This document shows positions 50,108 to 59,774 of a stretch of DNA of 64,000 nt, one piece after another. The translations under genes were made by a program, and so were the position numbers. This DNA comes from Alphaproteobacteria bacterium (GTDB lineage Bacteria; Pseudomonadota; Alphaproteobacteria; UBA7887). How positions within the stretch are numbered: position 1 is the stretch's first letter; every line of letters starts with the position of its first letter. The stretch spans positions 4,640,001 to 4,704,000 of the forward strand of contig CBDCGL010000011.1 in assembly GCA_965216755.1 (NCBI GenBank), written 5' to 3'. The notes beneath the pieces were generated by a model that saw only the letters and a list, made by a program, of their open reading frames with translations, had not been told where the DNA came from and did no database searches.

Positions 50108-51571
50108 CTATGTCGAAGCGATTTGCGCGAGGAGCTGGTAGAACGGCTCTGGGAAAAGAAACAATAGAAACCCTGCGGCCGCGGTGAAGACGATCGGGAT
50201 CAGGCAGGCCAATGGGGCTTCCTTGATGCCGCCGTCAAAAGACGTTGGGCCGCGTCCCGGAAAAAAGGCGCGCACAACAATCGGCATGAAATATGCGATG
50301 TTGAGGAGTGTCGAGATCATGAACGTGGCAACAAACGCCATTTGACCCGCTTCCATAGCCCCAAGTGTCAAATACCATTTGCTCCACGTCCCGCCGAACG
50401 GGGGTAGCCCAATGACGCAAAGGCTGCCCAAGAGGAACGCGGCCATGGTAATCGGCATCGCCCGGCCGATTCCGCGCATATCGGAGATATTCTCTTTATG
50501 CGCAGTGATGATGATCGCCCCGGCGCAAAAGAACAAAGTGATCTTGCCAAAGGCATGCATCAGAATATGCATGCCACCACCGACAACGCTGGCGCCGGTC
50601 GCAATCGCCGCGCCCAAAACGATGTATGAGAGTTGGCTGACTGTGGAATAGGCGAGGCGAGCCTTAAGGTTGTCCTTGGTCAAGGCGATCAGCGATCCAA
50701 CCAAGATCGTGAATGCCGCGAGCCACATTAACCACTCGCCCGGATGGTCGGTCTGCATCAAGTCCAAGCCAAAGATGTAGACGACCACCTTCATGACGGA
50801 GAACACGCCCGCCTTGACCACTGCGACAGCATGGAGCAAGGCGCTAACCGGCGTCGGCGCAACCATCGCCGCCGGTAGCCACCGATGGAAGGGCATCAAA
50901 GCCGCCTTGCCAATGCCGAAAATATAGAGCGCAAACAGGATTCCGATCACCGCTGGGCTGGCGGCATCGGCAAGAATGCCCCCGTCGCGGAAATCGAGTG
51001 TTCCGGTAATGCCGTATGTCCACATGATTGCCAGCAATTGGAAGCCGATCGAGGTTCCGATCAATATGCCCAAATAGAGGCGCCCCGACTTCTTGGCCTG
51101 CTCGGTGCCGGCGTGGGTCACCAACGGGTAGGTCGACACCGTTAGCAACTCATAGAACAAGAACAGCGTGATCATATTGCCGGCGAATGCGACGCCGACC
51201 GCGCTCCCCAGCGCGATGGCAAAGCAGACGTAAAATCGCGTCTGGTTTTGTTCGTGATGGGCGCGCATGTAACCGATTGAATAGATCGAATTTGGGATCC
51301 AAAGCAGAGATGCGATTAACGCGAACAGCATGCCCAATGGTTCGACGACGAAGGCGATGTCGAGCCCGGGCAAGATCTCGAACCATGTGACCTCGGGGCG
51401 TCCGCCGTCCATGATAACCGGCGCGATTGAGACAACGATCGCGAACAGCGCGCCGGCGGTGACCAATGTCACGGCTTCGCGCACATTCGGTCGCGGGCCG
51501 GCCAGCCAAATCAGAAATGCGCCGAACAGCGGGACGAGCGGCGCGATGCCAATGGCTAACGAGGTCGACAC
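50108..51571 (-). CDS. mrpD: Mrp antiporter subunit D
   Basis: FYELL, KAALMPFHRWLPAAMVAPTPVSALLH, KARLAYST. Confidence 0.88.
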   Translation of the reverse strand: MSTSLAIGIAPLVPLFGAFLIWLAGPRPNVREAVTLVTAGALFAIVVSIAPVIMDGGRPEVTWFEILPGLDIAFVVEPLGMLFALIASLLWIPNSIYSIGYMRAHHEQNQTRFYVCFAIALGSAVGVAFAGNMITLFLFYELLTVSTYPLVTHAGTEQAKKSGRLYLGILIGTSIGFQLLAIMWTYGITGTLDFRDGGILADAASPAVIGILFALYIFGIGKAALMPFHRWLPAAMVAPTPVSALLHAVAVVKAGVFSVMKVVVYIFGLDLMQTDHPGEWLMWLAAFTILVGSLIALTKDNLKARLAYSTVSQLSYIVLGAAIATGASVVGGGMHILMHAFGKITLFFCAGAIIITAHKENISDMRGIGRAMPITMAAFLLGSLCVIGLPPFGGTWSKWYLTLGAMEAGQMAFVATFMISTLLNIAYFMPIVVRAFFPGRGPTSFDGGIKEAPLACLIPIVFTAAAGFLLFLFPEPFYQLLAQIAST

Positions 51572-53052
51572 TATTCAATCCCCAACAGATGCCGGGCCGC
51601 TTGTCCCGCGACACCAGCCGTCACGTCGGTGGCAAGACCGAACACGATACAGGCGCCGGCAAGAACCCAGGTGGCGGCGACCATCGACCACGGTGCTTCG
51701 TTCAGTTCGGCGGCGGCGGCATCGTCGTCTTTGACGAAATAGGCCGCTTCAACCAGGCGCCAGACATAGACAACGGCCAGCAAAGACGTGAACAGCACGA
51801 TGACGGCGATCGGCCATAAGCCTTGTTCCAGTGCCGCCAAGACAAGGTACCACTTGCTGATGAATCCGACGGTTCCCGGCACGCCGATCAGGCTCAAGCC
51901 GGCGACCACGATGGCTGCCATGGTCAACGGCATGCGTTTGCCCAAGCCAGCCAAATCATGGATGGTCGCGCTGCCAATACGAAAAACGACGCAGCCCAGT
52001 GCCATAAACAACGCGCCCTTCATCAGCGCGTGATTAAAAAGATGGACGATGCCGCCGGTCACGCCGAGCGTACTGGCGAAACTGATACCGAGGACGATGT
52101 AGCCAATCTGTGCCACGCTGGAATAGGCCAGCATGCGTTTGATGTTTGGTTGGAATATGGCCACCAATGAGCCGGTTATGGCAGCCACCAGGGCTAGCAC
52201 CATGAGTATGTCGCCGGCCGGCAGCACGTCGAACCCGAAATCGACGCCGAACACGGTAAAGATGAAGCGCAACAAGAGATAGACACCGACCTTCGTCGCC
52301 GTCGCGGCGAGTAAGGCTGATACCATCGATGGTGCATAGGTGTAGGCGTTGGGCAACCAGAGGTGCAGCGGGAATAGCGCCAGCTTTAGGCTGAGACCAA
52401 CCACCAGAAATGCGAACGCGGCCACCGTGACCCGACTGTCGTACAAGTCGGTAAGGCGGGTGCTGATATCCGCCATGTTCAATGTGCCCGTGACCATGTA
52501 AAGCAGGCCAACGCCGATCACAAAGAATGTCGCCCCAATCGTGCCCAAGACCAAATACTGAAAACTTGCATAAAGCGCGCGGCGGTCGCGTCCGAGGCTA
52601 ATTAACACATAGCCGGACAACGACGAGATCTCCATGAACACGAAGGCGTTAAAGGCATCGCCGGTGATCGTCATGCCAAGCAAGCCGGCCAAGGTCAGCA
52701 GATAGGCCGCATAGAACAGTCGGTGGCGTTCAGCTGGAATCTCGTGACTGACGCTGGCATGTGCGAACGGCATGACCACCGATGCAATGCCCGCGACAAT
52801 TACTAGGACGAACGCGGACAACTCATCGACGCAATATTCGATGCCCCACGGTGCTGCCCAACCACCCAGCATATAACTGATCGTGCCTTGATCGAGTACT
52901 TTGATAAGCAAGGCAACCGCCATCGCAAGGGCAGCCCACGTCAAAAGCAAGCTCAGAATCCACGCCCGGCTGCCACGCCCAAACAGCGTACACAAGGGCG
53001 CCCCGATGAGTGGCACCACGACCTGTAGCGCGGGCAGGTTCGCGGCGATCAT
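51571..53052 (-). CDS. mrpD: Mrp antiporter subunit D
   Basis: FVFMEI, KLALFPLHLWLPNAY, KRMLAYSS, HALMKGALF. Confidence 0.9.
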   Translation of the reverse strand: MIAANLPALQVVVPLIGAPLCTLFGRGSRAWILSLLLTWAALAMAVALLIKVLDQGTISYMLGGWAAPWGIEYCVDELSAFVLVIVAGIASVVMPFAHASVSHEIPAERHRLFYAAYLLTLAGLLGMTITGDAFNAFVFMEISSLSGYVLISLGRDRRALYASFQYLVLGTIGATFFVIGVGLLYMVTGTLNMADISTRLTDLYDSRVTVAAFAFLVVGLSLKLALFPLHLWLPNAYTYAPSMVSALLAATATKVGVYLLLRFIFTVFGVDFGFDVLPAGDILMVLALVAAITGSLVAIFQPNIKRMLAYSSVAQIGYIVLGISFASTLGVTGGIVHLFNHALMKGALFMALGCVVFRIGSATIHDLAGLGKRMPLTMAAIVVAGLSLIGVPGTVGFISKWYLVLAALEQGLWPIAVIVLFTSLLAVVYVWRLVEAAYFVKDDDAAAAELNEAPWSMVAATWVLAGACIVFGLATDVTAGVAGQAARHLLGIE

Positions 53053-53414
53053 GGCTTGTTCTCCTCGGCCAGCTCGATCTGCTGGATCTCGTCTTCTTCA
53101 ATCGTGCCGTAGGATTCCTTGATGCGCACAACCAAGGCCAAACCGAGGGCGAGCGTGGCGACGCCCACCACGATGGCCGTGAGTATCAATACGTGAGGTA
53201 GGGGATTTGAGAACGGCGCGGAGCCGTCATAGTGGATGGGGGCCGTGCCACCCATGATCTTGCCCATGGAGATATAGAGTAAGAATACGGCCGTTTGAAA
53301 AATGTTCAGCCCGATCAGTTTCTTGAGCAGATTGCCGCGGTCGATGACGACATAAAAGCCGATCATCATCAAAATGATGACGACCACATAGTTATAGCTG
53401 CCTAGGAACACCAT
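53049..53414 (-). CDS. mrpC: Mrp antiporter subunit C
   Basis: NLLKKLIGL, NPLPHVLILTAIVVG, YGTIEEDEI. Confidence 0.9.
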   Translation of the reverse strand: MVFLGSYNYVVVIILMMIGFYVVIDRGNLLKKLIGLNIFQTAVFLLYISMGKIMGGTAPIHYDGSAPFSNPLPHVLILTAIVVGVATLALGLALVVRIKESYGTIEEDEIQQIELAEENKP

Positions 53415-53424
53415 GATCGCCGAC

Positions 53425-53856
53425 TCAGCTGTTGTCTTCGGCCTGCGCGCGGCCAGCGAAGGCATAGAAGACGGTCAGCATGACGGCAGCGACCGTAATG
53501 CCGACCCCCAATTCGACCAGAACGATCCCGTAATGATGGCCGTGCTTTGGGTCGTGAGCCAGCACCGCATATTCCAGAAACGCGCCGTCCAGCAACATTG
53601 TTGCGACGCCAACGCCGGAATAGAGCAAGACGCCCAGCGCAACAAAGGCCAACGCGACGCGTTCCGGAACGACCCGGCGCAACGTGCCAAGGCCAAAAAC
53701 GATGCCGTACAGAATAAGACCGGCGGTAAAAATGACGCCTGCCTGAAACCCACCACCCGGACCATAGTCGCCATGCATTTGGACGTAGAGCCCAAAAAGC
53801 ATGATGAAAGGAATCAGCAGTTTGGCGATGACGCGTAGGACGAGATGGTCGGTCAT
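53425..53856 (-). CDS. mrpB: Mrp antiporter subunit B
   Basis: HGDYGPGGGFQAG, VELGVG. Confidence 0.9.
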   Translation of the reverse strand: MTDHLVLRVIAKLLIPFIMLFGLYVQMHGDYGPGGGFQAGVIFTAGLILYGIVFGLGTLRRVVPERVALAFVALGVLLYSGVGVATMLLDGAFLEYAVLAHDPKHGHHYGIVLVELGVGITVAAVMLTVFYAFAGRAQAEDNS

Positions 53857-54398
53857 CGAGGCTCCTCGTAGCGTCGCCGTCGAAACCGTCCGACCAGCAG
53901 TAGCACCCCGACGCCTGCGGTAAAAATAACGAAGGTCTCGCCGAGCGTATCGTATCCGCGATAGTCAGCCAGCACGGAGGTCACCACATTCGGAATGCCA
54001 ATGGCGACAGGCGTTTCTTCGATATAGCGGGGCGCGACATGTTGATGGATAGGCGCTGACGGGTCACCGAACGCGGGCATGTCAGCGACCGCATAAAGCA
54101 GTAGCGCGCCGGTTACGAAGACCACAGCCAACGGCAGAATGGGCCTATGTGCGGGAATTTTTTCGTTTGCCGTGGTCAATGCCAAAGCGGCCAGGGCCAG
54201 CACGGTCGTGATTCCGGCGCCCACGGCCGCTTCCGTGAAAGCCACGTCCACGGCATCCATAACCGTAAACAGACTCGCCATGAGAAAGCTGTAGATGCCC
54301 GACAGCATGACCACGGCGAACATATTGCGCAAACGGACGATCGTTAGCGCCGTGACGACGAGCAAAAACAGCAAAACGATGTCAATTAGACCTTCGAT
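53853..54398 (-). CDS. Mrp subunit B-related protein (DUF4040 plus MrpA C-terminal-like region)
   Basis: DAVDVAFTEAAVGAG, PNVVTSVLADYRGYDTLGE. Start uncertain (TTG 54374, or ATC 54398 / ATT 54386). Confidence 0.85.
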   Translation of the reverse strand: MEGLIDIVLLFLLVVTALTIVRLRNMFAVVMLSGIYSFLMASLFTVMDAVDVAFTEAAVGAGITTVLALAALALTTANEKIPAHRPILPLAVVFVTGALLLYAVADMPAFGDPSAPIHQHVAPRYIEETPVAIGIPNVVTSVLADYRGYDTLGETFVIFTAGVGVLLLVGRFRRRRYEEPR

Positions 54399-54820
54399 GG
54401 CTCCAGTTCCGCTTTGCTTCGGCCTTTTCTCTTGGCCTTGTTGTTGGCTTTTTTCTCGCCTTGCGGCGCGGTTTCCACGGCACGTGACTCCGACGGCGCG
54501 CGGTCATCGCGGCGGTCACGCTTGGTCCACGGCACAAGCCCACTCAGCAACGCCGCATGGGCAACGGCGTGGCTGGATGTAGGACTGGTGAACAAGAGGA
54601 AAAATAGGATCAGCGCAAGCTTGGCCAAGTTTAGCGACCAACCGGCCTCAATCATCATACCGGCCAAGACCAGCCCAGCACCCATCGTATCCGTAATCCC
54701 GGCAGCATGGCCGCGGGTGAAGAAATCCGGCATGCGTAGCACACCAATGCCGCCGACCAGCAAGAAAAAAGAACCGCTTAGCAAACAAGCCCAAGCGATG
54801 ATTTCAAGAGCCAACGTCAT
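54386..54820 (-). CDS. mrpG: Mrp antiporter subunit G
   Basis: GVLRMPDFFTRGHAAG, TSPTSSHA. Confidence 0.9.
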   Translation of the reverse strand: MTLALEIIAWACLLSGSFFLLVGGIGVLRMPDFFTRGHAAGITDTMGAGLVLAGMMIEAGWSLNLAKLALILFFLLFTSPTSSHAVAHAALLSGLVPWTKRDRRDDRAPSESRAVETAPQGEKKANNKAKRKGRSKAELEPSKV

Positions 54821-55131
54821 GACCGCTCCCCGGCCCCAGCGATCGGGTCGCCGTCATGGAAGCTGCCAAATTTAATAAACCGCAACGCCGCGATGACGCC
54901 GATGAAATTGATCAAGGCGTAGACCAGCGCCAAATCAAGAAAGTCCGGGCGACCCGCAACAAATCCAATAACAGCGATAAGCAAGACAGTCTTGGTGCCA
55001 AACATGTTCACTGCCAGGATGCGATCGAACACGGTCGGCCCCACGACGGCGCGCGCAATAGCCAGCCCCATCGTGACCAGAATCGCGATGGCGACGACGA
55101 CAAATTTGATGGTGCCCGGATCGGGACTCAT
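54817..55131 (-). CDS. mrpF: Mrp antiporter subunit F
   Basis: GPTVFDRILA, DLALVYALINF. Confidence 0.9.
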   Translation of the reverse strand: MSPDPGTIKFVVVAIAILVTMGLAIARAVVGPTVFDRILAVNMFGTKTVLLIAVIGFVAGRPDFLDLALVYALINFIGVIAALRFIKFGSFHDGDPIAGAGERS

Positions 55132-55604
55132 TGCGTTCCCTCAAGACGCGCGACGCGTCGGTCCATATCTCCGTCTTGCAAGGCTGCAGCACCTTCTGCC
55201 GTTAACGCGTGCACTTGGATCCGACCGCCTTCTAGGTCGGTCGAAATTGTCCCGGGTGTCAAAGTGATGGAATTGGCGTAGATAACGCGGCCGAGATCCG
55301 TTCGTTGGCTGGACTTCAGGTCGAACAGGCGCGGATCAATCGGCATCTCGCGACTGAGAATGCGTCGAGTCACATCGATGTTGGCTTTGACGATCTCCAC
55401 CAGCAGCCACAACCAATAAAGTGGCAATCGCCAAGATAGGTGCAGAGGGTGGCTCTCATGATCGATCACCTCCATCCGATGGGCGATGTAAATCACCAAG
55501 GCGCACGAGGCTGCGCCCAGACTGAGCAACAAACCATCATAATGGCCCGACAGAAGTAGCCAAACGATCGCAAGTACGAAAAAAAGGGAAACGTTATGAC
55601 CCAA
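55128..55604 (-). CDS. mrpE: Mrp antiporter subunit E
   Basis: WLLLSG, EIVKANIDV, ANSITLTPGT, VHAL. Confidence 0.9.
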   Translation of the reverse strand: MGHNVSLFFVLAIVWLLLSGHYDGLLLSLGAASCALVIYIAHRMEVIDHESHPLHLSWRLPLYWLWLLVEIVKANIDVTRRILSREMPIDPRLFDLKSSQRTDLGRVIYANSITLTPGTISTDLEGGRIQVHALTAEGAAALQDGDMDRRVARLEGTQ

Positions 55605-55834
55605 ACCCGCCTCACATCCCGCCGGACATATTTCTGTCGTCGTGTCCGACCCGCTGCGTCAGATTCCACGTTTGCGGGGGTGCCCCGTTCTGTTTAACAA
55701 CGCAACAAGCCCCGTCTTACCGCACAAATAGTTAATCAATCACTTCCGCAGCTGGCAATTGGGCCGTCGCCACACCGTGTTGCCAGCATTGTTCGTACGC
55801 TGTGATGTTCGCGCGATGCCGTGGCAAGCATGCG

Positions 55835-56875
55835 TCAATTGGTCGACTGCCGCGCCGTATCCGACAATGGTCCATCGGGCGTCGCCAGAACAAGTGAGAA
55901 ATACTCATTGTCGGGCGCGAAGTGATCGTGAACCAAGAACCCACTTTCCTGCAAGAGTGCGTCTAGCGTTTCGTTTGTGAACTTTCGGCTAATTTCCGTA
56001 CACAAAGATTCATGCTGATTGAACTCGATCGCTTTGTCGAGCGTGCCGATTTCGACTTGTTGTTGCGATTGGGCAACAAGATGCATTTCGATGCGTTCCT
56101 TGGCAGGTTCGTAGTATGCCTGATGCGCGAATTGATCGAGATCGAAATTGGCATCCAGCACGCGATTCAATATCCGCAATACATTAAGGTTGAAGTCTGC
56201 GGTGAGCCCCAGACTGTCATTGTAGGCGGCGTTCAAAACCGCTTCGTTTTTGACCCGATCGGCGCCGAGCAGAAGCCAGTCATTGCCTGTCATAGAGTCA
56301 CGCAAGTCCCGCAACAGGGCGACAGCCTCATCATGTTCGAAATTGCCTATGGTACTCCCCAGAAACACGAACATTCGCGGCGGCGCATGGCGGGGAATGT
56401 TTGCGAACCCGGCCTCGTAATCGCCGTGTAGCAATCGCACATCCAGCCACTGATATGTTGCATCAAGCCGTTCGCCGGCCGCCAATAACGCATCTTCTGA
56501 AATGTCGAAAGCCGTATAACTTGGCCTTACGTCGCTCTGTTCGCAAGCGTCAAGCAGTCGATGCGTCTTGCGCGACATGCCACTGCCGATTTCCAATATG
56601 TCGGTTGGTCGAACGCGCGCCAGGATGGCCGGGGCGCTCTCCTTCAACAGCGCATTTTCTGTACGCGTTGGGTAATATTCCGGTGTTTCGCAAATCAGGT
56701 CGAACAATGTCGACCCGCGTTCGTCATACAAGTATTTTGCCGGCAGCCATCTTGGCCGTTGCATGAGGCCACGTTTCACGTCTTCCTCTAGCGTGCGCAC
56801 GCGGCGTGCAGGGCGGATGAATTCGACAGCCGGTGATGTATTTACCGCCAGTCCGTTGATCGACGAAATTGCCAT
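55835..56875 (-). CDS. egtD: L-histidine N-alpha-methyltransferase
   Basis: KYLYDERGSTLFDLICETPEYYPTRTE, EIGSG, FLGSTIGN, AAYND, TEISRKF. Confidence 0.9.
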   Translation of the reverse strand: MAISSINGLAVNTSPAVEFIRPARRVRTLEEDVKRGLMQRPRWLPAKYLYDERGSTLFDLICETPEYYPTRTENALLKESAPAILARVRPTDILEIGSGMSRKTHRLLDACEQSDVRPSYTAFDISEDALLAAGERLDATYQWLDVRLLHGDYEAGFANIPRHAPPRMFVFLGSTIGNFEHDEAVALLRDLRDSMTGNDWLLLGADRVKNEAVLNAAYNDSLGLTADFNLNVLRILNRVLDANFDLDQFAHQAYYEPAKERIEMHLVAQSQQQVEIGTLDKAIEFNQHESLCTEISRKFTNETLDALLQESGFLVHDHFAPDNEYFSLVLATPDGPLSDTARQSTN

Positions 56876-57035
56876 ATGGTCTCCGTTGTGTAGACTGCGC
56901 GGCGATGCGGCGCGTCGAAATCTCCTGCGCGCCGCCTGGTAAAGGGCGCGCCAAGGCTAACATTTGATTTCGTACGGACAAGCCCTAATCTGCCGAGTGC
57001 GGATTCCAAACGGTTGGAACCGGCGGTGAATCGCC

Positions 57036-57812
57036 ATGTGTAGGCACGCCGGTTATGTAGGCCCACCTTTGCAATTGGCGAGATTTCTCGACGATCCGGA
57101 CCATAGTTTGGTTTCGCAAGCGTATCGACCACGCGAAATGCTGACGGCGACTTTGAACGCCGACGGCTTTGGTGTTGGCTGGTACCTGGAAGACGGCGTA
57201 CCGGGCATCTATACAAATCCAATGCCGATATGGTCGGACCAGAACTTAATGCATTTGGGATCAGCATTGGTCAGTCAAACATGGATCGGCAATGTTCGCA
57301 GCGCGACCCCCGGTCAGGCTGTCAACCAGGCCAATACGCATCCGTTCACCGGTGACGGATTGATTTTTTCGCACAACGGATTCATCACGGATTTCTTGGT
57401 GACGACGCGTCACAAATTGCGCCGCTTGCTGCGCCCGGAGATCGAGGCAAGTATTCAGGGGTCCACTGATTCAGAGCACATATTCGCTGGGATTCGACAA
57501 GCTGTTGACGCCGCTGACGGCAATATTGTCGTCGCTCTTCGGGCTTTTTTCGATTCGCTCAGCGAGCTACTGGGCGGGACCAGTTCGCTGCTCAATGTTC
57601 TTATCGCTGATGGCCAAAGCATCTATGCAACGCGCCATGCAATTGGTCATGAGTCGCCGACCCTGTATGTCGGTACCGACACGGCGCTGTTTCCAGGCGG
57701 AACCCTGATTGCTTCAGAACGCCTGACCGAGAATGGGGACTGGGAGGTCGTGCCTGAACACCATATCGTTGTCGCGAGTCCCGGCGGGGAGGCGGCTATG
57801 GAACCTCTATGA
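57036..57812 (+). CDS. egtC: Ntn-hydrolase / class II glutamine amidotransferase, EgtC-like
   Basis: N-terminal MCRH, NADGFGVGWY, VRSATPG, HNG, GSTDSE, ASE. Confidence 0.85.
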   Translation: MCRHAGYVGPPLQLARFLDDPDHSLVSQAYRPREMLTATLNADGFGVGWYLEDGVPGIYTNPMPIWSDQNLMHLGSALVSQTWIGNVRSATPGQAVNQANTHPFTGDGLIFSHNGFITDFLVTTRHKLRRLLRPEIEASIQGSTDSEHIFAGIRQAVDAADGNIVVALRAFFDSLSELLGGTSSLLNVLIADGQSIYATRHAIGHESPTLYVGTDTALFPGGTLIASERLTENGDWEVVPEHHIVVASPGGEAAMEPL

Positions 57813-58993
57813 CGACATCATCCGCATCGACGGTTACACGACTCAACAATATCCAGGCGACATTGTTGAACATTGTGCGGTCGGCGGGCCCAGAAGACTA
57901 TGCACGACAGTTTCATGATGCCTTGAGCCCACTTGGTTGGCATCTACTGCATTGCATGTTTATTGAATGCCTTTGGTTGCGCGAGGTGTTTGGCGATGAT
58001 GACGCGATCACCGCGTCGCTGCGCCAACAGTGCTTGCCGCAACTTGCATACAAACCATCGCGGGGCGCCCAACTTCCGCCCTTTGAGGCGTTGCTTGATT
58101 CGGTCGCGCGCATGATGGATGAGAATGGCGCGCTACTCGCCGCGTTGACCGATAAGCGCGTGCAAAAGGGTCAGTTTGATAGCTGGGAAATCGGCCGATT
58201 CTTGGTTGGGCATAATGCGCAACATGTTGAGACAATGCGCATGGTCCAGACCGAAATGAACTTGCGACGGTGGGAGTCGATCAAAACGTCAATAGGCCCT
58301 CACGCGCTGTTGCGGGCCACGAACGAAACATCGGAAACGTCTCGCGTGCCAGGTGGCCGCTATCGTATTGGGGCCGGCGGTGATACGACCGAAACTGCAT
58401 TTATCTACGACAACGAAAGACCGGCAACCATTGTCAAAGTCGCGTCCTTTGAGATCGCCGCCAAGCCGGTCAAGAATGGTGCGTATCTGAGCTTCATGGA
58501 GGAAGGTGGCTACGACACGGCGCGCTGGTGGTCGGCTAGCGGCTGGGCGTGGCGTCAGCGAGAATCCGCGGTGGCGCCTCATCATTGGCGGCGTTCGTCG
58601 GCGGGCGGCTGGGTTGGCGTCAATGCTAACGGCTGTCATAGCTTGGATGCGGGATCACCTGTTTGGGGACTGAGCCGCCACGAGGCGGAAGCCTACGCCC
58701 GTTGGGCTGGTGGCCGTTTGCCCCATGAATATGAGTGGGAAATCGCAGCCACGGAGGGGGTCGTCGAGGACGTCGGCCAAGTCTGGGAGTGGTGCGAGAA
58801 CGTGCTGCATCCCTATCCGGGTTTTTTTGCCTTTCCCTATCGTGAATATTCGGTGCCGTGGTTTGATGGTTGCCACTTTGTCTTGCGTGGCGGTAGTCGA
58901 TTCGGGATCGGCGGGTACAATCAGAACTCGTTTCGCAATTACTATGCAGCGTCATGCCGGCATATGTTCGCCGGGGTCAGGCTGGTTGCATAG
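57809..58993 (+). CDS. DinB_2 plus FGE-sulfatase non-heme iron sulfoxide synthase (EgtB/SenA family)
   Basis: SPLGWHLLH, HNAQHVET iron ligands, DNERP, RLPHEYEWE, VWEW, PYREYS, FRNYY. ATGA coupling to egtC. Confidence 0.85.
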   Translation: MTTSSASTVTRLNNIQATLLNIVRSAGPEDYARQFHDALSPLGWHLLHCMFIECLWLREVFGDDDAITASLRQQCLPQLAYKPSRGAQLPPFEALLDSVARMMDENGALLAALTDKRVQKGQFDSWEIGRFLVGHNAQHVETMRMVQTEMNLRRWESIKTSIGPHALLRATNETSETSRVPGGRYRIGAGGDTTETAFIYDNERPATIVKVASFEIAAKPVKNGAYLSFMEEGGYDTARWWSASGWAWRQRESAVAPHHWRRSSAGGWVGVNANGCHSLDAGSPVWGLSRHEAEAYARWAGGRLPHEYEWEIAATEGVVEDVGQVWEWCENVLHPYPGFFAFPYREYSVPWFDGCHFVLRGGSRFGIGGYNQNSFRNYYAASCRHMFAGVRLVA

Positions 58994-59003
58994 TGCTGGC
59001 GTT

Positions 59004-59759
59004 TTATATCTGGTCTGGTTGCCAGCGAACTGCTTTTCGAAGGAGTGCATCGACGAGCGCATAGAGGGCAACCGCCATGACTGCCAGGACAAATAGGGCG
59101 GCAAACATCAAGTCGGTCTGCATGCGGCCGTTGGCGTGGAGCATGAGATAGCCGAGGCCCGCACTGGATCCGACCCATTCGCCGACGATCGCACCGATCG
59201 GCGCAACCGCGGTTGCGACACGAACGCCCGACGACAAACCCGGCAAAGCCGCAGGAATGCGGATACGCCACAGCGTGGCAAGGGGACCTGCGTTCATGGT
59301 CTTGGCCAATTCCAACCAGCGCGGATCCGTGCGACGCAGACCATCATAAAAATTAGCCGTGACCGGGAAGAAAATGATCAGCGTGGCCATCGCCACTTTT
59401 GATCCCATGCCGTACCCAAGCCAAAGAACCAGAACCGGCGCAATTGCGAAGACGGGGATAGCTTGGGATGCGACCAGCACGGGCATGAGCCATGATTGCA
59501 TGGCACGTGATTGTGCCAATATCAGGGCACTGGCAACACCGAGCAGCGTGCCCAAGCATAGGCCAAGCAAGATTTCTATCAGAGTGACGGTGGCATTCGC
59601 GAGAATACTTTGTGCATGGTCGTGCAAAGCCAGCAGCACCCGTCCGGGCCCCGGCAAAATATATGTCGCGGGATTCGTTATCCATACAATGAGTTGCCAC
59701 AAAAACAGCAATCCCGTCGCGATGATTGTCGCGTGAACAAGGCGTTTGTTAATTTTCAC
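59004..59759 (-). CDS. ABC transporter permease (NitT/TauT, ThiX-like)
   Basis: QAIPVFAIAP, FFPV, IPAALP, GAIVGEWVGSSAGLG. Confidence 0.9.
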   Translation of the reverse strand: MKINKRLVHATIIATGLLFLWQLIVWITNPATYILPGPGRVLLALHDHAQSILANATVTLIEILLGLCLGTLLGVASALILAQSRAMQSWLMPVLVASQAIPVFAIAPVLVLWLGYGMGSKVAMATLIIFFPVTANFYDGLRRTDPRWLELAKTMNAGPLATLWRIRIPAALPGLSSGVRVATAVAPIGAIVGEWVGSSAGLGYLMLHANGRMQTDLMFAALFVLAVMAVALYALVDALLRKAVRWQPDQI

Positions 59760-59774
59760 TGTGCTACGTTTAAC

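Noticed and set aside
57809-58993. Calling the cluster selenoneine biosynthesis (senABC)
   Set aside because: No SenB glycosyltransferase or SelD in the window, and the EgtC neighbour points to a glutamylated intermediate.
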